Shown: in pieces, positions 51,521 to 62,990 of the stretch
Numbering within the stretch: the first letter of the stretch is position 1
Layout of the letters: every line of letters begins with the position of its first letter
Source of the DNA: Callorhinchus milii
Lineage: Eukaryota
NCBI RefSeq assembly: GCF_018977255.1
Contig: NW_024704743.1
Coordinates: forward strand, 112,160,001-112,224,000
Reading direction: 5' to 3'
Length of the DNA stretch: 64,000 nt
Translations under genes and position numbers: made by a program
The notes under the pieces: model-generated
Databases searched by the model: none
Seen by the model: only the letters and a program-made list of their open reading frames with translations
What the model was told of the DNA's origin: nothing

Positions 51521-51638
51521 CCCATATAATAATAATCCTTGAATTTAATATGGCGCCATTCATATCAGGTGGAGGTTTTAAAACTTCCCCCTGACATGAA
51601 TGGCGCCATATTAAATGCAAGGATTATTATTATATGGG
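51521..51638. repeat. 118-bp near-perfect palindrome at the tail of a minus-strand SINE (51528-51820)
   Basis: 59-bp arms with no spacer and 4 mismatches; centre TTTT|AAAA at 51579/51580. Confidence 0.95.
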
Positions 51639-51879
51639 AATACTGTAAAGTGAAATTACATGGTATACTGTAAAGTGTAACGATTGAGTATTCTGTAGGA
51701 GCATGCGGTAGCCAAATTGAGCTACCGCATTCTCCGACAGAATGTCTCAGCATTGTCTCAGATACATCCATGAAGCGAATGATTAATTTTATTTGGGGAT
51801 TGTTAGCTAGAACATTGGGGAAAATGGGGATATGCTGAGAAGAAAGATAGTTGGGGAAAGGGGAATGAGGGATATGGTG

Positions 51880-52293
51880 ATAATAATCCTTACATTTGGA
51901 ATAATGCCTTTTATGTCAGGATGATGTCCCAAAGTGCTTCACAGAAATATTGTAAAGTGTTATAACAGTGTGTGTGAATGTGGCAGCCGGTCTGCCCACA
52001 ACAACGTCCTATAAATAGCCATGAATAACCAAGTTTATTTGGAGGATTGATGGCCAGACCACCAGGAGAAATTCCTTTCTCTTTTCGAATAGTGCCATGA
52101 ACAGACTGAGAGGATCTCAGTTTAACGTCTCATCTGAAGGACGACACGCCCAACAATGCAGCATACCCCCAGCACTGCATTGGAGTGTCAGCCTAGACTA
52201 CTATATTTGAATTCCAAGTCCTGACATGGAGCTTGAACCCACAACCCTTTGACTCAGAGGCGAGAGTGCAACCCAACACAGGCAGGCTGACAC
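51880..52293 (-). mobile_element. SINE family B, full length
   Basis: Runs from tail to head (GACTCAGAGGCGAGAGTGC..CAGGCTGACAC) on the plus strand. Confidence 0.85.
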
Positions 52294-53132
52294 CCATAAA
52301 GCGAATGACCGACATGTAGTTGAAGGCAGAGATGGTTGGGGAAAGAGAATATGGTGAGAAAGCAGGTTGAGAACTATCAAAAAAGAACAGTTGTTAAATC
52401 GAGTAGTCTTTCCAGTGCTAAACATGATTATGTTCTTATGATATATGTATCTCTGAAGAACTAGTCTACATCTGAAGGTTTGCAGTTGAGAAATTCGGCT
52501 ATTATGGTTTAAATTTCACTGGCTTTCCCAGTCAAGATGACTGCAGTGAAAAAGCTGTCTTCCACGATTGGAATTTAATATTGAGTGCGGCCATATGATC
52601 AAAAACAGGATCTCAGAGTTTATGCATTGCCAGGTTAAATTTAAAATGAAACATGGGAGGACGTTGCAGCTTGGAAATCAAAAAGATCTTTGGAAGCCAG
52701 GAGCTTTCAGGAGATGTGAGCTCTAAGAATCAAGTTATTTTAGTCAGTCTTAATACTGATAAGTTCAAATATCAAACCAGATGTATGTGAATCCACGCAT
52801 CGAAATATACAGACTTAAAACAAGGTTTGTCTATCTCTGTAATTAATAAATAATAAATAATATTGACAAATAGATACACACAAATCAGATTTAGTGTATG
52901 ATAGAACCTCAAATCTCCTCGCCTTCATTGACCACCTTCCTGATAATTTGTTACAATCAACAAGAATAGTATTCCTATCCTCCAAACCAGCTCTGACCTC
53001 TCTTCGTAGCATCAGCTCCTCCTCCTCAGTCACCCCCAAACTCGGTTCCGACCTCTTGATAATCGTCAAATCCCTTATTGTACCTTTCCCCAACATTGAA
53101 CACTGCCAGTAATAAATTAATATTGCATAAGC

Positions 53133-53680
53133 TAACCTGGTTCAGTTGCTAGGACTCTTGGGTGTAGGTTCAAACTCCAAGTTGGCTTGAACTGAGGCCC
53201 ATGTATCAGTTCAGTGCTGGGTTAGTGCTGCATTATACTCTCCGGATGTAGGTAAGTATATGAGTCAGCCTAATCAGTCGGAATACCAATAAATTCAAAT
53301 GTCAAACTAGAAATCTGTGAATCTACCCATTGAAATATACATAATTAAAACAAGGTTTTTCTAACTCTGTAACAAAGGTGCGTCTTTCAGATGAGATTGT
53401 AAATTGAGGTTCCACCTGCCAGATCAGGCAGACATTAAAACTTCCTCTATTTCAAAAAGAAAAGGGAATTTCTCCCAGTGTCCTGACCGACAATCCCCCA
53501 GATAAAATCGGTCATTCACTTCGGGGCTGCTTGTGGGACATAGCTGTGTCCAAACTCACCTCTGCTGTATTCACCCATGAACACAGAGGCACCCCATGTT
53601 ACAGCAAAATCCTGTGAAATACTCTGAGACGTTTCAACAATGCAATATGACACTTTATCACATGCAAGAATTTTTATATC
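53133..53680 (+). mobile_element. SINE family B split by a ~135-bp insertion of local sequence
   Basis: Body stops at GTGCTGCATT (~53234) and resumes at CAAAGGTGCGTCTTTCAGATGAGA (53373). Confidence 0.75.
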
Positions 53681-53763
53681 ATTGTGATATAATGTTATGA
53701 GATTGCAAATTTACCATCTACATAATTCTAGGTAAAGATGGGAAAAGGATGAATAAGAAAGAA

Positions 53764-53769
53764 TTTATT
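53764..53769 (-). terminator. Candidate polyadenylation signal (AATAAA) of the proximal terminal exon
   Basis: TTTATT on the plus strand, ~210 nt past the stop; followed on the minus strand by a pyrimidine-rich tract. Confidence 0.35.
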
Positions 53770-53975
53770 AGATCAAACCTAACAAGTCAGAAAAGGGAAT
53801 GTTGTTTAATGAAATAATTGCTGGCTCATTGAGGGAAAATGTTTTACAGATGCTCATGGGTTAAATTTCCACAGGTGCAGCGGAGTAGAAGATCATATAA
53901 AGCCCGCGCAGATCCCTGATGCCTCTTTGTGAAGGATACAAATGTCATTTACAAGGATGCTATCGCCTGTAAGAA

Positions 53976-53983
53976 TCACAGAC
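53976..53983 (-). CDS. Candidate proximal terminal exon, coding part (G)GT CTG TGA = GL*, giving C-terminus FCGSPVAAGL*; possibly a C8orf34-like gene
   Basis: Strong acceptor TTCTTTGAAATACTTTGTTATTTCAG|GT, unique downstream sequence and AATAAA. The gene guess rests only on a recalled GL* ending. Confidence 0.45.
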
Positions 53984-55179
53984 CTGAAATAACAAAGTAT
54001 TTCAAAGAACAACAGAAAGGAAGTTGGGTGCCTCCTGTCTGTATTAGACCTGCAGTTGGGAAAACCAAGAGTTACTCAGTGAGCACTTCATCTTATCTCA
54101 GAATGCTAGGAGACTTATTTCTGCCATCGGTCTCCCAAGTATGTGAATATCCAGAATGCCCTTGAGTGCATTCGTCTGTTGAGAGGCCCTCGTGACGATG
54201 GCCTGTTAAGATCTACTGAGTTTTTTTTGTCTGTTTAAGTAGCCAAAGTTGGTGTCCCTCTGGACAAATCATTGAACGATATGTATTGCAACTCTGCTGG
54301 AGGCTGTTCCTTCCCATTCATTCAGGTGGAACACAGTTATTCTTGTGGAGAGCAATTTTGCATCCTGTGCTTTGTGAACAATAAGCAATGACACAAAGTT
54401 CATATGTTGGTCCCTGGCTTGCTACTGCCAAAGGCATTAAGGTTTGTTTGGTGATTACAATATACATTCCTCCATTTTTTTAATGATGTCCAATATCAAT
54501 TTTAGCTGGAACCCAATGGTAAATCCTGTCCACAACCTAAAAACAACAACTTGCACTTCATGCAGGATAGTATCTCGCTAACTTAGTCGTAACCGGACTA
54601 TCAAAAGGGCTTGCGGTGGTCAAGTAAAATGGAGGCACCGTGTTGTGAGGTGTCATTGTACGAAGAGTCAGACAATGGAATGTTTACATTCAGAATTCCT
54701 CAAAAGCAATGTGGTGGAGCTGGTTTATAACTGTGACCGTTGTGAAGGTGGCCTCACTTCCCCTGACATTGGAACAAAGTTTGGGCCTGAAGCTGCTCAG
54801 TGACCACCATTGGAGTTGCTGGCCTCTGGATTCAGGCTTAACTCAGACTAGAGTGGGCATTGAACGGACAGTCCGATTTTATACTTTCCACGCCACATTG
54901 CTGCGAATTGGCAGTTGAAAAGAACAAATCGCTATAGATATAGACGTTCTGTACATAGAAACAAACCTTGGAGGGTATTTGTTTTTAATGTTTAAGAGTC
55001 AGTCGTGCGATCACAGGGGGCCGAAGCCAGTGTCATTCTGATCTGAACCGTTCATACTGCACAACAGCACCTCCACTGAGTGGTGGTATCAAGAGAGATG
55101 ATTCACACCAGCATATTGTGCCTTTTACAGCATTTTTGGCAGTGAGTTACTGTCAAAATTGCCACAATTTCCCACAAAC

Positions 55180-56045
55180 ATAGAACCATAGAAATTTAAA
55201 GCACAGAAGACCGCTTTGTCCACTATGTCTGTTCTGGCTCTTTGAAAGAGCAATTCATTCAGTTGGACACTCTTGGAGCATCCCCTCTCCCAATCCCCGC
55301 CCTCCCCCCAATACCTCAGCAGACTAATTCTCTTTTTAAATATCTATCCAGTTCTCTTGATATGGATCCTTTCTCAACTACCACACAAGCAGGGCATTCA
55401 ACATCCCAACAACCTGTGTAAAAAAATCCTTCTAATCTATAACTTTGGTGCCTGTTCATACCTATCCCAAGAACCTCCAACCCAATATTCATTCAGCTCC
55501 TTTTTTGAAGGAGTTAATAATAATAATAATAATCCTTGCATCAAGTCAGCCTCAAGTGTTTTTGATGCAAGTCTATTTCACGTAGAGATTTCTTCTAATC
55601 TCGTTTTGTTTGAGACTTGTTAATTCTAAGCCAATGCTCCCAACTTCTGTGTTTATAGTATAAGTCAAATAGTCTGCTTATATCTACATCATCTATGCCT
55701 CTCAGCACTTAGATCATGACTTCCTTCAATATTATTTTCTCCAGCTCTGCAAATGTAGCCTCATAATTTAGAGCCCTGGGTCATGGAACCATCCTTGTCA
55801 CTCTTCTCTGAAGCTTCTCTAATTGCCCTTTTGAAGGTAAGGTGCCCAAAACTATTCACAATATTCAAACGCCATTTCAGGAATAATGTATGTATGGCTA
55901 GAATATCCTCTTTCGACTTTTAGTCAAATGCTTTTTGAGATATAACCTAGCATGAGATTAGATGTGTTGATAAGATTCACCTGACTGGATACTTTGATCA
56001 TTACAGAATGAACAATAATTGCACTCAAATTCATTTTGCCCATCT
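55180..56045 (-). mobile_element. CR1 LINE fragments (probably two)
   Basis: CATAGAACCATAGAAA tail repeat; ATCCTTGTCACTCTTCTCTG..GGTGCCCAAAACTATTCACAATATTC (antisense EYCxxFWAP..QRRVTRM). Confidence 0.7.
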
Positions 56046-56061
56046 TTGCTCATGATATGAT

Positions 56062-56482
56062 CATAATAATCCTTGCATTTGATAAAGCACATTTCACATA
56101 AGGAAGACATCTCAAAGAGCCTCACAGAGCTTACCACAATTTGGAGTTACTATGTGATTTTTTAGGTAAATGCAGCAGCCAATTTTGAACATAGCAATCT
56201 CTCAGAATGAGAATGAAGTGAACAAAAGTTTTATTTAGGGGATTATTGTTTAGGGCATCAAGAGAAACTCCCTGCTCTTTTCAAATAGTGTCATGGGATT
56301 TTTAACGTCCAACCGGTATAAGCAGACGAGACCTTCGTTTAACATCTCCAACAATACAATGTTCCCCAGCAGTACAACCAGAGTGTCAACCTAGACTATG
56401 TGAATTTAAAGTTCCGGCAAGGGAGATGAACCTACAACCTTCTGACTCAGAAGAGAACGTGCTCCCAACTGAACCAGGCTTA
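56062..56482 (-). mobile_element. SINE family B, full length
   Basis: Tail, Deu-like body and head in reverse complement. Confidence 0.85.
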
Positions 56483-56572
56483 CTCCCTTTCATCACTTAC
56501 ACATTTGCTGATTCTCATTCTATTATGCATTTTCCTTAGCATATATCTGCATTATAATTCATTGCCATTCCT

Positions 56573-56872
56573 TAATAACAATCCTTGAATTTGATGTAGC
56601 GCTTTTCACGTCTTCTAGACGTCTCAAAGCGCTTCACAGAATATACTGTAAAGTGAATTGACTGCATTTTTGTGGGAGAAACGCAGCAGCCAATTGCGCA
56701 CAGCAGTGTCTCACAAACAGTCATGTATTGAAGTGACCAATTTATTATTGCTGTTTATCTTGAGGGATTATTATCAGGCGTGTGGAGTAAGGAAACTTGC
56801 CCAAGGTTTTGCCTGCCAGGAATCAAACCCAGATCTCTCGCTTGTGAGGCGAGTGCTCTAACCACTAAGCTA
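56573..56872 (-). mobile_element. SINE family A, short subfamily
   Basis: AGGGATTATTATCAGGCGTGTGGAGT junction, identical to the 11305 copy. Confidence 0.9.
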
Positions 56873-57119
56873 TCTCTCTGGACTTATGTAATAATTGGTA
56901 TTCATCTTCTTTGCTTTTGTTACATATCTTACAAAACTCAGTATAACCAAAGCATCTCTCTTCAAAGTCTTTTAGACATAGAGTGAATATGGATCCAGAA
57001 AATAATTTCTCCTCAAAAGTTTTGAAATCCAAATCATCTATTGCTCCCTAGAGCTGGAATTAAACAATTTAAGGTTTCTTTGCAAGTGAACAAAAATATG
57101 ACCTTAGCATAAAAAAGGT

Positions 57120-58015
57120 CAAGAGGCAAGAGTCATATGTTGTCCTTGTTAGAGAAACTGATAGAATGCCATGTATGCCTTGTGAATGGCAATCATAATA
57201 TGCAAGGTATTTTCTAACCACTCTCTGGCCATGGTGGCAGAGAGCAAGGTAATGGTTGGACCAGCTCGGCTGTGTGAGAAAACAGGTATAGAAATGACTG
57301 AATCTACCAAAGGCTGAGAAGATTAAGGATCAAATCTGTTATTGGGGGATAAGTAAAGATGGTCCACGCGAAAGTTCTTTGTAATTATTGTGGCTGGATA
57401 TTTCCAGATTGCTTTGGATCATATATAAAACGTTAATTGTCAGAAAATACTTGTCAGCTGTCGAAGATTGAATACTTGAGGACTCCAGATCTCAAACCTG
57501 TGACCATACTCTCTGAGTGGGATTGGATCAGCTTTTGACAAACTATAACAGGTGGCCTTCCCTTTCTTGTTCACATCTGGACTAGGTGTTGTCAAGTTAT
57601 GAGCAGATGGCTTATGCTTTTTTTTAAGCGAACTAAACCTCCAGTTCAGTGAGAGAGAAAGGACCTGGATTTGACTCTATCGGAGATCACAACTGGGTGT
57701 TCTTTGAACATTTGGATAAGCCTGTGTCATGGGAAGAAGTGTAACGTAAAATTCTCAACTGCTTGGATTCAGGAAATGCCATCGGCAGCACTGCATAACC
57801 TTTTCTCTCTATCTATCTCTCACATACACACAGGACAGACACCAGGAAGTATTTGTTTATCCAGAGGGTAATTAAAAACTAGAACAGGTTTTAGTGAAGA
57901 GGCCAGGTTTTGGTCAGGATACTGGAGCCAAAAACCTTGCTGTTATGGGAGGACAGCAGAATGAATAGACTAGAAAGGTCTTCACCTAAACGTCTCGGGA
58001 CCACTTGTGACCTTC
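57120..58015 (+). mobile_element. Highly decayed CR1 fragments
   Basis: CAGGACAGACACCAGGAAGTATTTGTTTATCCAGAGGGT matches the 23570 copy. The upstream part is only weakly recognisable. Confidence 0.45.
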
Positions 58016-58104
58016 TAAACTGAAGAAGATCTATTTGAATCAGGTTCTTCATTTGTCACTGTATAAGAACTAAATGGTATGATTTTTTATGGTGCGTTGA
58101 GCAA

Positions 58105-58235
58105 CTATGTTGAAATTCTTTCGCCCACAAAATATATAATCAATTCACTTTACAGTATGTTCTGTGAAGCGCGTTGAGATATCTCGAAGATGTGATCAGG
58201 ATCTATATCAAATATAAGGATTATTATCATTTATT
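58105..58235 (+). mobile_element. SINE family A tail
   Basis: TTCGCCCACAAAATAT..TCAATTCACTTTACAG..AAGGATTATTAT. Confidence 0.8.
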
Positions 58236-58280
58236 CTTATCCTGGTGTCGTGTGTGAGTCCAGGCCTCAGCTGGACTTAC

Positions 58281-58306
58281 CTGCTGCCACTGGTGAACCA
58301 CAAAAT
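58281..58306 (-). CDS. 26-nt internal coding exon (ATTTTGTGGTTCACCAGTGGCAGCAG; likely xFCGSPVAA-G) of an unidentified minus-strand gene, possibly C8orf34-like
   Basis: Acceptor TTTTTCCTACATTCCTCAAATTCTTAG| and a consensus donor CAG|GTAAGT. No stop in any frame, so the frame is inferred. Confidence 0.6.
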
Positions 58307-58879
58307 CTAAGAATTTGAGGAATGTAGGAAAAAGAGGATTTTTTAAAAAGAAATTGCTAAAAGAAACATATTATCATTGCGTGATACAGTAAAACATGTA
58401 TTTCACATTATAGACAATAAGAACAGTACAATTCATGGTAGAACACACCCTTAGTTGTATTTCTGTACACATACAATACAATTTACAATTATGGAGTGGT
58501 TTTCGTGTCAGGAAGACATCTCAAAGCTTTTGAACATGTGTTTCTATGAGGTCTAGACTTGTTTTCATCTTTGTTTGGTGTGTGACGAGGTTCCCTGTTT
58601 CCACAGTGGACAACCAGATGCCTCACACCTCTGCTGTCAAGGGTTCAGCTCCCAGTGGAGGGCACGCTCAGCTTGCAGCTATACCTTTGATGACTTTTTG
58701 CAGCTGCTTCCTGATGAGCCTCAAAGCTGGTATCCTGACAACCTGAATTTTTACACCGAAGAAGCCGACTCCCTTTCATTCACAAATGCTTTGCAGCCTG
58801 TCAGCCAAACCTGAAAGGTGTAGTTTAGGGACAATATGGCCATAGTTTCAGGAAAAAGGTAGTTGCTTTAATTCAACTC

Positions 58880-58946
58880 ATCCAGCGCCTTGGGAAGTTC
58901 TCCCAACATGAAAAGCGCTATACACATGTAATCTTGTTGTTGTTGT
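58880..58946 (+). mobile_element. L2-1 tail-only insertion
   Basis: TCCAGCGCCTTGGGAAG..AAAAGCGCTATACACATGTAATCTTGTTGTTGTTG. Confidence 0.8.
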
Positions 58947-58989
58947 ATTATGGAATTTTAGAGGGAAAGATCATTCCCTTGTCTTATTG

Positions 58990-59393
58990 TTTGCACTCTC
59001 ATCTCTGAGTCAGAAGGTTACGGGTTCAAGTCCTACGTTGGGAATTTTGACTCATAGTCTAGGCTGACACACCAATGGGGGAACGCTGGATTGTTCGAGA
59101 TACTGTTTTCATCAGTGAGATGTTAAACTGAAGTCATGTCTACCTAAACAGTAAATCCCATGACACTGCTGAAAAATAGAATGGAATTTCTCCTGATGTC
59201 CTGGCTAACAGTCCCCAGATAAAATTTCTCATTCCCATCATGGATGTTTGTGGCACATTACAGTGTGCAAATCAGTTGGCTGCATTCTCTAGAAAATATA
59301 CAGTCCTTGCACTTCACAGTAAATGGTTTTGAGGTGCCCTCCCATGTGAAATGCCCTCCACCAAATGCAAGGATTATTATTTTTTATTATTAT
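58990..59393 (+). mobile_element. SINE family B
   Basis: CTCTGAGTCAGAAGGTTACGGGTTCAAG..CAAATGCAAGGATTATTATT. Confidence 0.85.
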
Positions 59394-60334
59394 GATCATT
59401 GCAGGCAAATGGATTGCAATGCCATTTTGGGCTTAGGAACGGATCCTTAAACTGCTTCATGCTTTTCTGGCAGGGAAATTGGTGCAAGACATCAGAATAT
59501 GCAAAAGATTAGCTCGCTGAGTGTTATGGGGGGCGGGGAGGGTTAAAATATTTCTCCAGCCCTACCAGCTCCTATTTTCACCCTACAAAACAAGTCAACT
59601 CTTCCATCAATAGTCACACAAAGCACTTATTTAATTTATTCCTTCACACTTTAATATATAAGCACACCACATAAAGACACATTGTAATACATTTCAAGGT
59701 CATTTATTTTTGACTTGCCAACATTCTCTGGGCTATTATGAGCTATTTCATCCTTGATTTTGCAGAATTATTTCCCTCATATAATTATGGTTTCATAATG
59801 TAATAAATTAAGGTTGTTCAAGAATAATGCCTGCAAACAATATTTCACAGGATTATGTGGAAGGGATTAAAGACTGTGGAAAAAAGTCACTAGCACAGTA
59901 ATAATAAAGAATAAATTACATGAAGAAAAACTGCTCTGTTCTTTACCAGTGCATCAATGACCACAATGAGGTATTGTGCGCTTGCAGTCTTGAGACCTAC
60001 AATCTCCCAGTTTTATTTGGCAAGGAGAAAGGCCATTTCACACCATCAAATTAATATTGATAAATCTGTTTAAAAAGGATTTCTGCCACATTTCACATTT
60101 GGCAAACCCAGAATTTTGTGCAGGTGTCAGAGAAAACAGCCTTACACAGAGACTATTTCCTCCCCAACTTAAAAGGTCAAGAGTTGAAATTAAAAAGAAA
60201 CACAAGTGACTAAATGCATTTTTCTTCATGTTACTCATATATTTTTTAAAAAAAGGATTATTCCATGGAGCATTTTGCAGCAAGGTGGTCAGGATACCCA
60301 CACCACCCAAACAGAATTGGGACTTTGTGAACAG

Positions 60335-60680
60335 TCTAGTCTGACACTGCTGAAAGAGTGTTGAATTGCTGGAGTTGTCCTTCAGATGAGATATTAAACA
60401 GAGGTCCTGGCTGATTGTTCAGGTGAACATTAAAGGATCCCATAGCACTACTCGAAAAAGAGAAGGGCGTTTTTCCCAGTTTCCTGGTCAACAAACCCCC
60501 AGATAAAATTGTTCACTCACATCATAGTTGTGTGTGCGACAATGTTGTGTGCAAATTGGCTGCCCCATTTGCCTATAAATACAGTCAGTACACTTTGCAG
60601 TAAATCATGCAAAGCCTTAGAGATGTTCCACTTAGGTGATAAGGCTCTGTATCAAATACTAGGATGTTATTATATATTAT
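60335..60680 (+). mobile_element. SINE family B (nested in BEL relic)
   Basis: TTCAGATGAGATATTAAAC..GATCCCATAGCACTA..tail. A further tail fragment lies at 60715-60820. Confidence 0.8.
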
Positions 60681-62059
60681 CTTGTAGATGTGTGTGGACA
60701 CTTCTTTGAACATGAGTGTGTTTGTCCATGAAATATACATACTTTAGAATAAATCCATTTTGAGATGTCCTCTTGACATGAAAGGCACTATATCAAAGAA
60801 TTATTATTATTTTATTATAATACAGCCACCACTTCCTACTTTAGCTTCCTCCTTCCTATATTCATCACATCATCTGAGTTGCCCCCTATACAGTAGTTGC
60901 AGAGAGCAACAGCAAAACCCAGAAAAATGCTTTGGCAAACCTTATAAAATGTCCACTGCACTCGACCAATAAATAGAATGAGTGTTAACAAGGTAAGATG
61001 CGCCAGGTTTCACTTCGCAGAATACCGGGCATCAGGGACGGAGTCTAAAGTGTCCCTTGGAAAGAAACATATTCTCCAATAAATTCACAGTCAAGTAGAG
61101 TTTCTATGAAACAAGCTTTAGGGAACAATGAACATTTGAAGAAATTGTACAAACTGAACAATTCTGAGGGGGACACTGCTTTGCAGAACCAGATAAAGCC
61201 CTCAAACTCAATCAGTGAGCAAGATTCTGAGCCCCACTAAAACAAACAGTTACAAATTCCAACCGCCAACTTGTCACTGATTCCATTTCTCATCCTCCTT
61301 AAACCCTCAGACTTTACTCAGTAAAACTCTACTTGCACTTCTGTTTGTAATGAATCGTGACTGCTTGTAAACCTGTAGGCTAAATTCTCATGTTGAATCT
61401 AAGGTGTAACATCTCGTCTGCCAAGGTTCTTGAAGGTGTGTGGCATGCTTTAAGTCGTTCTTCGACAAATTCCCACTGGAAGAATAGCCACAAGCTCAGT
61501 CCAAGACTGGGTTAATCTTCAATGGAAATGTACTCTGACTAAAGGCATAGGTGTTTTACTCACTGCCCGCTCTATGCAATTGCCCAAAAGCCAGTGAAGC
61601 AATCTTTGCTAGCAGCACACTTATTCAGTGAACAGATGTCATAATGACCAGGAAGGCTCTCTTAAATGACAAGAATGTTTGCTTCTAAAAGCAAAATAGC
61701 TCCAGTGAAAAATATAAAACCTAGGATAACACTGAGTTCAGACCCCAAGGTGGGTCTTCAGACAATGTGGGGGATGTCAATGAGTTGTTCTCTTTTGGAA
61801 ATAGGCTGTGAAAGGATGCAGGCTGTCCTTTTCCACCTACCACAATGCATCTTCCTCCAAGAAAGAAGAGGAGAGTTTTTGCACCACAAACTTTTCTATG
61901 ATCCTTTTGCCTTCACTCAATGCTTTCAAAACCTTCGTACAAGCTCACTGACCATAGCTGACAAACTCAAACTTCCCCTCTTTTCTTCCTCACTCAGTGA
62001 TCCCCATTGTCTTTGTAACTCACTTCAATTCCTTCCTTCATGCCAAGAGGAAGCCCCAA

Positions 62060-62400
62060 GGAACTTCCACAAAATATCCCGAACAGTGTGGTGTTTGTAT
62101 TTGTAGGTGAACGTGACAGCCCATCTCACAAATTGCCTTGAAGTGGATGACCAATTTTATTTGGAGGACTGATGCCCAAAAGAAGGGAATTTCTCCTGGT
62201 GTCCTGGCCAACAATCCTCCAAACCAAATTGATCATTTGCTGCATAACTGTTTGTGGGACATTGCTGTGTGCAAATTGGGTTTCGTATGAGCCTACAAAA
62301 TATACAGTCACTGCTTTACAGTATATCTTGTGTTATGCTTTGAGTTGCTCTCCTGACATGAAAGGTGTTGCATCAAATGTAAGGAATATTATCATTATCA
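62060..62400. mobile_element. Head-to-head pair of family B SINE 3' halves (62060-62175 minus, 62180-62400 plus)
   Basis: GATGACCAATTTTATTTGGAGGA faces TCCTCCAAACCAAATTGATCATT. Confidence 0.7.
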
Positions 62401-62511
62401 ATGATTGGATGACATAATATCAATTTTCAAAAATGTTGAATAAAAATGTAAAAGCATTTCAGTGCTTTTCAATGCCCATGTCAACAAATGACCAAAGCTC
62501 TTACAGATAAT

Positions 62512-62990
62512 ACTAAGAATATAGGAATGTAAGGCCTGAAAAAGTGGTTCATGAGGCCAGTCCTAAAATAAAAGCAATAAATATCTTATCCTATTCACTG
62601 TCTCATACAGCTCCATCCTCATCAAACAACTATCAAATTCCTCTTTGGATTTTGCTGACACAATCAGCCTCCACCTTCTCCCTGAGTATTCTATAATATA
62701 ATAATAATAATAATCCTTGCATTTGATATAGTGTTTTTCACATCTTCTAGTGGTCTCAAAGCGCTTCTTAGAATATGCTGCAAATTGAATTAACTGTATA
62801 TTTGTGGGCGAAATGCAGCAGCCAATTGCGTACAGTAGTGTCCCACAAACAGTCGTGGATTGAAAATGACCAATTTATTATTGTTTTGGAGGAATTATTA
62901 TTATTATTCTATTCTAAATATTCACCACTATTTCTGAACACCCTATTCAATTGGAGTCATCTACTCACCGTCCTTCTTCTCAACCCAAGT
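62512..62990 (-). mobile_element. CR1 3' fragment interrupted by a family A SINE
   Basis: CTAAGAATATAGGAAT tail repeat; CAGCCTCCACCTTCTCCCTGAG..TTCTAAATATTCACCACT continues across the SINE. Confidence 0.55.
62697..62908 (-). mobile_element. SINE family A, 5'-truncated at the internal ATAATAAT motif
   Basis: Standard 3' half, flanked on both sides by TATTCTAT (possible target-site duplication). Confidence 0.9.

Noticed and set aside
58680..58810. Minus-strand acceptor (CCTTTCAG|GTTTGG) as another coding exon
   Set aside because: All three frames hit a stop within 20 codons and the donor is weak.
61666..62106. 146-aa ORF as an intact gene
   Set aside because: Only ~20 residues resemble BEL/Pao pol; the rest is out of frame and runs into a SINE.
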